Assembly (NCBI RefSeq): GCF_009914755.1
Contig: NC_060935.1
Origin: the human T2T-CHM13v2.0 reference genome, Homo sapiens
Strand: one strand, 5' to 3'
Length of the DNA: 64,000 nucleotides
Positions 52,111 through 64,000 of the stretch are shown here, piece after piece. Position 1 is the first letter of the stretch. Each line of letters opens with the position of its first letter. The position numbers and the translations under genes were made by a program. Under the pieces are notes generated by a model that was not told where the DNA came from, ran no database searches, and was given only the letters and a program-made list of their open reading frames with translations.

Positions 52111-52149
52111 GACCTTATATTTTATAAAGTCCTATGTGCAAGAAGCAAA

Positions 52150-52477
52150 AAACAAACCTTCCATAATATAAAAATAGACACCACAAATCAATAAAAAAAG
52201 GATATGGAAGATATGGACAAAAGACTAAGTAGGCACTTTAAAATACTAACGTTTGTAGTTTATAGGACACTTTCAAATACTGTATTAGCATGTGAAAAGG
52301 TGTACAACATTAGTCATCAGAGAAATGAGAATTAAAACCACAATGAGCACTACTACACAGCAATAAGAATGACAGAAGTAAAAACATTAAAAATACCAAG
52401 TTGGTAAGGATATATGTAAATTGAAAATCTTTTAAATGGAGTATTATATATATTACATCTTATGTATCGGTACCTAA

Positions 52478-52519
<42 letters not shown>

Positions 52520-53120
52520 ACTCTAGTGGGGTTATAAGTTATTACAGTCACTTTGAATAACTGTTTGACAGTGCTTAGGAAAGCTAAACATAGTCTACTC
52601 TATGGGCCCAGTAACCTCACTCATAGGTATATACCAATTAGAAATGAAGGCTTATAGGAATCAAAAGACATATGCGAGAATGCTCATAGCAGCTTTATTC
52701 ATAACAGCTAATTAAAACCTTGGAGAAAAATAAAATATCTATCAACAGTTGAATATATTCATAAAATAAAACACTATATAAAGTTTCTTAAAAATACACT
52801 ACTTACGTTCACAAAACATGTTTGAATCTATACTGACATTATGCTGAGTGAAATAAATCACACACTAAAGAGTACACACTTTATGATTCCATTGACGTCA
52901 CCTTTGAAAAAGGTGATAGATGTCAGAATAATGATTACTTTGGGGTGAATGGGCAGTTGTATTGACTAGTGAGAGGCATAAAGAAACTTTCTGAAATTAT
53001 GGAAATTATCTATATTTTGACCTAAGTGTTTATGAATTATATGTTTGTAAATTTTATTAATCAGCACACTTAAAATTATTGCCCATTATTTTACATGTCA
53101 TATCCCAATACAATTTAAAA
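52150..53120 (+). mobile_element. L1ME-class 3' region containing a (TC)n tract at ~52480-52522
   Basis: 'ttagtcatcagagaaatgagaattaaaaccacaatgag', 'gaatgctcatagcagctttattcataacag', 'acattatgctgagtgaaa'. Confidence 0.8.
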
Positions 53121-53254
53121 ACATTTTAAAGTTACTCATATTTTATTATATTGATAATCACTGAAAATGTAATAATGTGAACTAATATCTTTAAAATACA
53201 CATTTACACATTCACATCTTTTAGAACCAGAAGGGATCTTGGAGATAATTTAAT

Positions 53255-53455
53255 CAAGTACTTGCCAAAGCATGATCTGTGGTCCACCTTTAGGAGAATT
53301 CTTCCCTGGAGAGCTTGCTAAAAGTGGACTCCCAGGACACACACTGGGCATACTGACTCTGAGCTCTGAGAATCAGACTTGGAAACCTGTATTTTAAATA
53401 TGTCTCCCAATTTTTCTTTTTTCTCATATGTGCTAAAGGTTGAGGACCAAGATCT
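53255..53455. mobile_element. MER5A-like hAT relic
   Basis: 'ggagagcttgctaaaag...ggaaacctgtattttaa...ctaaaggttgaggacca'. Confidence 0.65.
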
Positions 53456-53579
53456 AATTCAGCATCTTAAGTTTTCAGTTAAAACTTGAATCTTGGTTAG
53501 TCCAGTGATATATAAGAACCACTGGCACAATCAGGCTGGGATGCAAATAACTTTTGGGAATCCTTATTTATGCCAAATA

Positions 53580-53760
53580 TATCAGATTTCATTTTATCTT
53601 TCATAATAACACAAACTGGTAGCTGTTAATATCCTCATATTTTACATAAGTAAATAAATATCCAGAAATGTTAACTAACCCAACATCACAAAGTGAGTAA
53701 AAATTTGAGCTAGGATTCATGTTCATACCTTCTGACTTAGAGTTTACTGTCATTCTATGC
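53580..53760 (-). mobile_element. MIR
   Basis: 'ttaatatcctcatattttacataagtaaata...aatgttaactaaccc'. Confidence 0.5.
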
Positions 53761-53869
53761 TTTCTACTGTGTTGTAAAGAATTACAATCTCTAGAGTTTG
53801 CACTCTGTGACTCTGATTCAGGGCTTTTGTTATGGGTGGTATGGCATGGCAATGCAATTTTAGCTGTAT

Positions 53870-56800
53870 TTTTTTTTTAACTTCTATTTTAGGTTCGGGG
53901 GTACATGTGAAGGTTTTTTACATAGGTGAACTTGTGTCATGGGGGTTTGTTTTACAGATTATTTCATCATCCAAGTATTAAGCCTAGTACCCAATAGTTA
54001 TCTTTTCTACTCCTCTCCTTCCTCCTACCCTCCCTCCTCAAGCAGATCCCATTGTCTGCTGTTCCCTTCTTTGTGTTCATGAGTTCTCATCATTTAGCTT
54101 TCATTTATAAGCGAGAACATGTAATATTTGACTTTCTATTCCTGCATCAGTTTACTAAGGATAACAGCCTCTAGCTCCAACTATGTTCCCACAAAAGACT
54201 TAAGCTCCTTCTTTTTTATGGCTGCATAGTATTCCATGATGTATATGTATCATATTTTCTCTATTTAATCTGTCATTGATAGGCATTTAGGTTGATTTCA
54301 TGTCTTTGTTATTGTAAATAGCATTGCAATGAACATCCGTATGCATGTGTCTTTATGGCAGAATTATTTATATTCCTCGGGGTATATACCCAGTAATGTG
54401 ATTGCTGGGTTGAATGGTAGTTCTACTTTTAGTTCTTTTAGGAATCATCATACTGCTTTCCACAATGGTTGAACTAATTTACACTCCTGCCAACAGTGTA
54501 TAAGTGTTCTCTTTTCTCTGCAACCTCACCAGCATCTGGTTTTTTTTTTGTTGTTGTTTGTTTGTTTTGTTCTTTTGACTTTTAAATGATAGTCATTCTG
54601 ACTGGTGTGAGATGGTATCTCATTGTTGTTTTGATTTGTTTCTCTAATAATCAGTGATATTGAGTCTTATTTTCATATGCTTGCTGGCTGCATGTATGTC
54701 TTCTTTTGAAAAGTATCTGTTCATGTCCTGTGCCCACTTTTTAATACACTTGTTTGAGTTTCTCTTATAAACTTGTTTAAGTTCGTTATAGACGCTAGAT
54801 ATTAGACCTTTGCCAGATGCATAGTTTGCAAGTATTTTATACCATTCTGTAGGCTGTTTACTCTGTTGATAGTTTATTTTGCTATGCTGATGCTCTTACA
54901 TTTAATTAGATTCCATTTGTCAATCTTTGCTTTTGTTGTGATTGCTTTTGGTGTCCTTGTCATGAAATCTTTCCTGCTATGTCTAGAATGGTATTTCCTA
55001 GGTTGTCTTCCAGGGTTTTTATAGTCTTTGGTTTTATATATAAGTCTTAATTCAACTTGAGTTGATTTTTGTACATTGTGTAAGAAAGGGATCCAGCTTA
55101 AATCTTCTGCATATGGCTAGACAGTAACCTCGGCACCATTTATTGAATAGGGAGTCTTTCCCCATTGCTTGTTTTTGTTAGCTTTGTCAAAGATCAGATG
55201 GTTGTAGGTATGTGGCCTTATTTCTGGGCTCTCTATTCTGTTCCATTGGTCTATGTGCCTGTTTTTGTGCCAGTATTATGCTATTGTTGTTACTGTAGCC
55301 CTGTACTATAGTTTGAAGTTGGGTAAAATGATACCTCCAGCTTTGTTCTTTTTGCTCAGGATTCCTTTGGCTAGTTGGGCTCTTTTTTGGCTACATATAA
55401 ATTTTAAAGTAGTTTTTTTCCTGTCCTCTGAAGAATGTCATTGGTAGTTTGATAGGAATAGCACTGAATTTGTAGGTTGCTTCAGACAGAATGGCCATTT
55501 TAATTACATTGATTCCTTCTATCCATGAGCATGGGATGTTTTTCCATTTGTTTGTGTCTATTCTGATTTCTTTGAGCAGTGTTTTGCAATTCTCATTGCA
55601 GAGACCTTTCACCTCCCTGGCTAGTTGTATTCCTGGCTATTTTCTTCTTTTTGTGGGAGTTGTGAATGGGATTGCCTTTCTGATGTAGCTCTCTGCTTGG
55701 CTGTCATTGGCATATAGAAATGCTAGTGATTTTTGTACACTGATTTTGTATGCTGAAACAGCTGAAGTTGTTTATCAGCTGAAGGAGCTTTTGGGCCAAG
55801 ATGAAGAGATTTTCTAGATATAGAAACATGTCATCTGTAACAGAAGTAGTCTGACTTCCTTTCCTCTTATTTGGATGCCCTTTATTTATTTATCTTGCCT
55901 GATTGCTCTTGTCAGGACTTCCAATACTAAGTGGAATAAAAGTGGTAAGAGAGGGTATACCTGTCTTGTGCCAGTTTTCAAGGGGAATGCTTCCAGCTTT
56001 TGCCCATTCAGTATGATGTTTGACATAGATGGTTCTTATTATATTAGGTATGCTTCTTCAATACCTAGCTTGTGTATATTTTTAGCATAATGGTATTTAT
56101 ATTTTAATGAAAGGCTTTTATGCATCTGTTGAGATAATCATGTGATTTTTGTCTTTACTTATGTTTATGCAATGAATCATGTTTATTGACTTGCAAATGT
56201 TGAACCAACCTTGCATCCTGGGGACGAATTGATTGATTGTGGTGGATTAGATTTTTGATGTGCTGCTGGATTCAGCTTGCACATATTTTGTGAATTTTTG
56301 CATGGATGTTCATCAAGGATATTGGCTTGAAGTTTTCATTTTTTATTGTGTCTGCAAGATTCTGGTATCCAGATGATACTGGCTTCATAGAATACTGGCC
56401 TCAAAGAATAAGTTGGAGAAGAGACGATTCTCCTCAATTTTTTGTAATAATTTCAGTAGGAATACTATCAGCTCCTCTTTGTAAATCTGGTAGAATTTGG
56501 CTGTGACTCCATCCATCCAAAAAGTCTTGGGCTTTTTTTGGTTGGTATGCTATTTACTACTGATTCAATTTTGGAGCTTATTATTGGTCTGTTCAGGGAA
56601 ACAGTTTCTTTCTGGTTCAGTCTTAGGAGGGTGTGTGTTTCCAGAATCTTATCCATCATTTTTAGGTTTTCTAGTTTCTGTGCAGAGATATGTACATAGT
56701 AGTTTCTGATTGTTATTTTTATTTACGTGGGGTCAGTGGTAGTATACATTTTGTAATTTCTAATTGTGTTTATTTGGGTCCTCTCTCTGTTCTTCATTAT

Positions 56801-57827
56801 TATTCTAGCTAACAGCATATCTAACTTATTAATTCTTTCAAAAAACCAACTTCTGGATTCATTGTTCTTTTGAATGGTTTCTCATGTCTTGATTGCCTTC
56901 AGTTCAACACTGATTTTTGGTTATTTCTCGTCTTCTGCTGGCTTTGGGTTGACTTGCTCTTGCTTTTCTAATTTTTTCAGTTGTGATGTTAGGTTGTTAA
57001 TTTGAGACCTTTCTTTTTTTATGTGGGCATTTAGTTATACAAATTTCCCTTTGAACACTACCTATGCTGTGTCCTAGGGATTCTGGTACTTTGTTTTGTT
57101 CTCATTCATTTCAAAGAACTTTTTGATTCTGCTTTAATTTCATTATTTACTCAAAACTCATTCAGGAGCATGTTGTTTAATTGCCAAAGAATTTTGTGGC
57201 TTTGAGCAATTTTATAGTCTTTACTTCTATTTATATTGTGCTGTATTCTGAGAGTGTGTTTTGTATGATTTCAGTTCTTTTGCATTTGCTGAGGATTGTT
57301 ATATGTTCTATCATGTGGTCAATTTTAGAGTATATGCTATGTAGTGATTAGAAGAATGCATATTCTGTTGTTTTGGGGTGGAAAATTCTGTAGAGTTTTA
57401 TCAGATCCATTTGGACCAGTGTTGAGTTCAGATCTGAATTATCTTTGTTAATACTCTGCCTCAATGATCGTTTTAATACTCTCAGTGGAGTATTGAAGTC
57501 TACCACTATTATTGTGTGAGAGTCTATGTCTCTTTGTAAGTCTCTAAGAACTTGCTTTATGAATCTGAGTGCTCCTGTGCTGAATGCATATACATTTAGG
57601 ATAGTTAGGTCTTCATGTTGAATTAAACCCTTTACCATTATGTAACATCTTTCTTTGATTAACATTTATTTTGTCTGAAATTAAGATTGTGACCCCTATT
57701 TTTTTCTGTTTTCCATTTGCTTGGTAGATTTTCCTCCATCCTTTTATTTTGAGCCTATGGGTGTTATTACGTGTTAGATGTGTCTCTTGAAGACAGCATA
57801 CCATTGGGTTTTGCTTTTTAATCCAGC
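53870..57827 (-). mobile_element. L1PA13-15 class (PA14-like) element, ~4 kb: most of ORF2 (dead) plus 3'UTR
   Basis: ORF track shows endonuclease (WIKKQNPMVCCLQETHL) and RT-region ([12 protein letters not shown]) fragments in different frames; 3'UTR 'cccaatagttatcttttct'; possible diverged TSD agctgtatttttt / agttatacttttt. Confidence 0.93.
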
Positions 57828-58199
57828 AGTTATACTTTTTAAAAAATGAATTGAAAGTAGCACTACAGAATATATAATCAAATAATCTGACTATATGAAT
57901 AAATTTTATGTCATTATCCAAATGCTGCTTGCCATGAACTCTTAATCTGTCATATATTTAGCTTCAGTAATTATTAAAAGGGCATTTTTTTAATGTTTAG
58001 AGAGGTGGAGTTCTCTGTATTTTACCCAGCCCAATTTTCCCTTTTGGAATCTCTATATGCAATGTTAACAAAGGCTCTGTTGTGTGAAGGTTTAGAATAT
58101 TTAGCGATTGGCTTTAAAATTTTAATTTTTGTTGAAGTAAAGGATGACTCCAGGTGGGATGACAGAACAGATTAAATGAAAGATAAGGTCAGGCTTACA

Positions 58200-58648
<449 letters not shown>

Positions 58649-60929
58649 TTAGTCTTATATTTTGAAGAAAGAGCCTCAAGTAGCATCTTCCATGAGACAA
58701 ACTTAAGCAGCATCCACTAAAGGTTACTATAATGAAGCCCAAACAACCCATGAGAAAATTCTCAGATTAAAAATTACTTAATTATTCAGCACTCACTATG
58801 TAGCAATCACTTTTAAAAAAGATTTTATTTGCATTATCTCATTTCAGACATAAAACACTGAGAAGCAGATATTATTATCCTTACTTGATGAATCAAGGCA
58901 CTTGTTTATAGTCCCTCAATTACTTGATATTTACATGTTAGCTCAACTCTAGCTGAATTTCTCACCTTTTCTTCTGTGCTCACACACCACTTTGTATATG
59001 TTTCAATTATATCATTATCATAGCCTGCCTTATACACGAAGTAGCAATTGTGGAAGAATCTCTCTCCTTGGGTAGGTTTCCAGATAATTCAGTACAAATA
59101 AATGCATCAAGGTGAGATATCTGGGTGAGGAAAGTTGAGCCAACATCATCACTAACTACAAAAAGAATAGGTAAACAATTACTGGAAACCTGTGTACTGG
59201 GGGTTTCATCAAGTGCTTTACTCATATTATGTTATTAATTCAAAAAATGCTATTTAACCTTGATTCTAGATGAAGAAACTCAAGAAATGAGAGTATCCTG
59301 TCGATTAGGACAAAGTAAATGAGGAAGCATGCATTCAAACTGAAATCTGTCCCCCAAACCCACACACCTCTCCCTTATGCACAAAATGTCAAATGTTTCA
59401 TATCCTGATTTTGTGATTGTTGTTTGTCTTTACTTAAATATTAGCTTAAATTCAGAATATCCTGAATATTGCAGAGAAAAGCAAATGGTTGTTTGAAAGT
59501 AGAAAGTTAACATCAGAAGAATGATAAGATTCTTCTGATCTTATCACTCAGCTTCTACAGAGAAAGAGATAAAGCTATTCTTTATTTGAAAGGTGCCATT
59601 CTCAGTGGAATAAACACAAAAAAATCAGGCACAATAGGAATTTTCTACACGCCTGAGTCCTCTCAATCTTTCTCCAAACAGTGCTATGAAGAGTAATGTC
59701 AATCACTTGTAACTTCAGAGATTTGGTATCATTTTTACAGGGAACAAAGCAATTGGAAATAAAAGCTCTTTTAAGTACAGCTGCTTAGCCCTTGGCATGT
59801 TGATCTTAGAAAAGACAAAGTGGTGACAGCAGCATGCTACCCCTTAGGTACTTTGCATGCATACATCCACTCAAAATAATTTATCTAGGTTTAATAGCAA
59901 ATACATGGATTCAATGTGTTATGAATACTGCATAAAAGGGGGAAGATAGTTTGAAATTTGATGAGAGGAAGAAAGAATTTAAAACAAACTGTATTAATAG
60001 TATTCATTAATTCAATAGATATTTGCCATGATGAGAAAGAACCATCTTGCAAACTAAAAACATTTGTCACATCGTTCACTGAGAGTTTCAATACCCTCCA
60101 ATGTCTATGTCACTTGGAATAAAACACAAAGTTGTCATAATGTCCCATAAAATCCAGCAATCGCTCCCACAATTTTACCTCTTTGATATAAGTTTCTTCT
60201 ACTACCTCTCAACTACAATGCTCTAGTACAACATGATAAACAAGCTTTCACCTCTGGCCTTTGCATTTCAGCCCCCTTTGCCAGAAATGTTCTTCTTGTA
60301 GATATGAACATGCCTCCTTTGCTACTGTGTGGAGAGTTAATTGCAGGAGAGCAACAATGAACCATGCAGATGACAAGGTGGAAAAATAACTTATAACCAG
60401 GACTACAGTGGAGAGATTCTGGTGGATTGTTGGGAAGACTTGTTAACTGTTGCTGAAGAGTAAGGGAACCAGTTTTGCTGAGATCAGGCTCTGTTATAAT
60501 CATTCACTCTTTCAACATATAATTGTCACATATCTAGAAATTTTTTCTAGGTGTTATGGTGGATAAAAAGATGGCTTAAATTTAGTTTTTATGTCACTTT
60601 ATTGGATTAGTTTGAAAAAGTCATTTTCTCCTTGGCAATTTCATGATAATTAGGGTAAACTACCACTAGAAGGAAAAACAATTAATATTTATGGACAACC
60701 CAAGATATATCAGGTCCAGGAACAGGTGCTTTGTATATGTTATCTTACTTAATCTTCCCACCAACTTTGACAGATAAGCTAACTTTTCTAACAGACAGAG
60801 GTGTAGTGGTAGGGCAGATTAATATGTTCTGGTTACAAAAATCCTGCCTTTTCCTCCATGCTAGATTCAACATTGCAATGGCCTTGGTTTAACAAAGTAA
60901 TATGGATGCTTGTTCATGTTACCCTGTTT

Positions 60930-60932
<3 letters not shown>

Positions 60933-60980
<48 letters not shown>
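60933..60980 (+). repeat. (AC)24 perfect microsatellite
   Basis: Read directly. Confidence 0.97.
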
Positions 60981-60983
<3 letters not shown>

Positions 60984-61541
60984 CATTCAAAAGGGATAAA
61001 ATAGAAGAAAAAACCAAACTTTTAATTAAAAATTTAGCTTTTAATTCTAATTAAAACAGTGTAGCCTTAAAAGGAGTGATAGATAGTTCACGAGAGTGTT
61101 TTTAAAGAGGAAAATGCTTTAGGCATAGTTTAATATTGTTCTCAGTTTTCAATTGTTCTCAGTCGTTTAGTTTAACTTCAGCTTTGACCTCAGGCATAAT
61201 TAGAATATTTCTTTCAACTTACTATGGCTAAACTTTGTACTTCAACTAAAAAAAAATTTCCTGTGGCTTGCTTCTAATGATCCAGCAGCCAAAATTTAAG
61301 TATCTGTTCTTTTAAAAATGTCCTATGAAGAATAATGACTCTAAAACTTTACTTAAAAACACTCAAAGAACAGGGCTTATTTCACCTCTTTAGAACTCTA
61401 CTTTTCACCTGAAATACACTATGAAAATATTGTCCCCCAAAAGAAAAATAGTCATTTGTCTCAGTCATCTATTCTGAACTGTTCTGGTTACCCTCCCATA
61501 AAACTATCAAAAGTAAGAAATCCTTTCCAATAATAAAACCA

Positions 61542-62434
61542 TGCTATCTATTGAATTGTGTTCCTCCAACCAAAAAAAAAAAAAAGATACATTGAAATAC
61601 AGTCATGCACCACATAACAACATTTCAATCAAAGACAGAATCCCATAAGATTATAATGGAGCTGAAAATTTCTTTGACCTAGTAACTTTCTGGCAAAATG
61701 TAAAACATTACTTATGCATTTATGATGATGCTGGTGTACACAAAGCTACTGTGCTGCCAGTCATATAAAAGTCTAGCACCTATGATTATGCAGAGAAGAT
61801 AATATTTGATAATAATAATAAATGACTATGTTACTGGTTTAGGCATTTACTATGCTACACTTTTTGTCATTTACTTAGGGTTTACTCATTTTACTTATAT
61901 AATAAAGTTAACTGTAAAGCAGCCTCAGGCAAGTCCTTCAGAAGGTATTCCAGAAGAAGGCCTTGTTACCATAGGAGACAACAGCTCTATACATGTTTCT
62001 GCCCCTAAAGACCTTCTAATGGGACTAGATGTGGAAGTGGAAGATAGTGATACTGATGATAGTGATTCTATGAATGCCTAGACTAATATGTGTTTGTGTC
62101 TTAATCTAATTTGACGGGTATCCTTATAACAAGAAGGCCATAGAAAGACAAACACACACAAGGCGAATGCCCTGTGCCAGTGAAGACAGAGATTAAAGTT
62201 ATGCAGCTGCAAGGTGTGAAAAACCAAGGACTGCCTAGTTTATTTCTCACCATAAGCTAGGAAAAGGTAAAAAAATGAAATAAAAATCTTCTCTACGCTT
62301 CAGAGGGAATATGGGCATATTGACACCTTGATTTTAGACTTCAAGCTTCCAGAATTATAAGATAATAAATTTCTGTTATTTTAAGCTACCCAGTTTGTCA
62401 TCATTTGTTGCAGCAGCCTTAAGAATCTAATATA
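61542..62434 (+). mobile_element. MLT1C-like LTR split by Tigger3b
   Basis: 5' 'ttgaattgtgttcctcc...aagatacattgaa'; 3' 'tgacaccttgattttagacttcaagcttccagaa...ttttaagctacccagtttg'. Confidence 0.8.
61600..62103 (+). mobile_element. Tigger3b (Golem) fragment
   Basis: TA then TIR 'cagtcatgcaccacataac'; 'cagcctcaggcaagtccttcagaaggtattccagaagaaggc'. Confidence 0.85.
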
Positions 62435-62599
62435 CATTATGATGAATTTGTATATTATTATGGACAATAACATTTTTTCATGCATTGGATTACATTTAAT
62501 TCTTAAAGTAATCCTTTTTTCCATCTATTTTATGTATCTTAAATACAGTGCCATTTCCTTACCTGGTACATGTGTTGATCAGAAATCTACTCAGCTCTT

Positions 62600-62875
62600 C
62601 GTTTCACTTTATTAAGTTCTCAGAATGTCTTCTCCTAAAAGGAGCCTCCCCTAACCACCCTATTTAAAATAGCTTCTCACATCATTTCTTTTCCCTCTCA
62701 CTATGCTTAATTATTTTCATATCACATAAAAATCCCTGACAGTATTTTATTTTGTATGTGTTTATCTTGTTTCCCCAGACATGAGTGTAGGCTCCAAAGG
62801 GATAATAATTCTTTCACCCATCTCTCTACTTCCTTTACATGTAACAGTGATTTAAAATGTAGAAATCATAATAAG
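62600..62875 (+). mobile_element. L2 3' relic
   Basis: 'gcctcccctaaccaccctatttaaaatagc...gagtgtaggctccaaaggg'. Confidence 0.6.
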
Positions 62876-63089
62876 CTTTCTACTTGGACAAAACAGTGAT
62901 CATTTGGTAATTGAGAAATGTCCTCATTATTAATTTAAAATTACAAAGAATCAATAAATTTATATGACTGAAACTGCATGTCTGAAGAAAAACACAGTCT
63001 TATCTGAAAGTCATATTTGAATGCTTATGAAAAGATTAAAATTATTAAAGGACTGCTTTTTCAGATTGTTTTATACACTCCAGAAGTAT

Positions 63090-64000
63090 ATTTTCTTTTA
63101 TTATTATTATTATTATACTTTAAGTTGTAGGGTATGTGTGCAAAACATGCAGGTTTGTTACATAGGTATACATGTGCCATGCTGGTGTGCTGCACCCATT
63201 AACTCGTCATTTAGCATTAGGTATATCTCCTCATGCTATCCCTCCCCCCTCCCCCAACCCCACAACAGTCCCCGGTGTGTCATGTTCCCCTTCCTGTGTC
63301 CATGTGTTCTCGTTGTTCAATTCCCACTTATGAGTGAGAATATGCGGTGTTTGGTTTTTTTGTCCTTGCGATAGTTTGCCAAGAATGATGGTTTCCAGCT
63401 TCATCCATGTCCCTAAAAAGGACATGAACTCATCATTTTTTATGGCTGCATAGTATTCCATGGTGTATATGTGCCACATTTTCTTAATCCAGTCTATCAT
63501 TGTTGGACATTTGGGTTGGTTCCAAGTCTTTGCTATAGTGAATAGTGCCACAATAAACATACATGTGCATGGGTCTTTATAGCAGCATGATTTATAATCC
63601 TTTGGGTATATACCTAGTAATGGGATGGCTGGGTCAAATGGTATTTCTAGTTCTAGATCCCTGAGGAATCGCCACACCGACTTCCACAATGGTTGAACTA
63701 GTTTACAGTCCCACCAACAGTGTAGAAGTGTTCCTATTTCTCCACATCCTCTCCAGCACCTGTTGTTTCCTGACTTTTTAATGATCGCCATTCTAACTGG
63801 TGTGAGATGGTATCTCATTGTGGTTTTGATTTGCATTTCTCTGATGGCCAGTGATCATGAGCATTTTTTCATGTGTCTTTTGGCTGCATAAATGTCTTCT
63901 TTTGAAAAGTGTCTGTTCATATCCTTCGCCCACTTTTTGATGGGGTTATTTTTTTCTTGTAAATTTGTTTGAGTTCATTGTAGATTCTGGATATTAGCCC
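63090..64000 (-). mobile_element. Young L1PA (PA3-like) 3' end, continues beyond the window
   Basis: 3'UTR 'cattaactcgtcatttagcattaggtatatctcc'; ORF 63231-63836 is the ORF2 C-terminal Cys-rich region ([27 protein letters not shown]) that frameshifts near its end. Confidence 0.96.

Noticed and set aside
52893-52900. Perfect CRE TGACGTCA (also TCACGTGA at 29428-29435)
   Set aside because: Single 8-mers, one inside an L1ME relic, without supporting context.
63231-63836. 201-aa ORF as a functional CDS
   Set aside because: Internal fragment of L1 ORF2 starting at an internal Met and frameshifted into the 3'UTR.

Overview
Primate (human or great-ape-like) AT-rich, CpG-poor, non-coding DNA; I cannot name the locus. 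No host protein-coding exon, RNA gene or CpG island is supported. A large part of the window is transposon-derived. LINE-1: an L1PA3-like 3' end running off the right edge, L1PA6-like, a ~4 kb L1PA14-like ORF2 remnant, and older L1MA/MB/MC/ME pieces. Also AluS/AluJ copies and monomers, many MIR and L2 relics, ERV1 solo LTRs (MER41A, a tandem MER50 pair, LTR54), MaLR elements (THE1C, MSTA, MSTB2, MLT1) and DNA-transposon fossils (MER53, MER45, MER58A, MER63A, MER5, MER2, Tigger3b). All long ORFs in the track are repeat artefacts or dead L1 ORF2 fragments. Family names come from my recall of consensus sequences, not from a database search, and boundaries of old repeats are approximate. I did not find a convincing new biological system. 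The best leads are a minus-strand neural-type microexon signature (~14.3 kb), a near-perfect CTCF site between ERV1 LTRs (~26.2 kb), a 1.5-copy MER50 inside a MER53, a 38-bp direct repeat bracketing a 42-bp-unit TA-rich minisatellite (50.8-52.1 kb), a 33-bp-arm inverted repeat (~34 kb) and two twin-primed L1 insertions.
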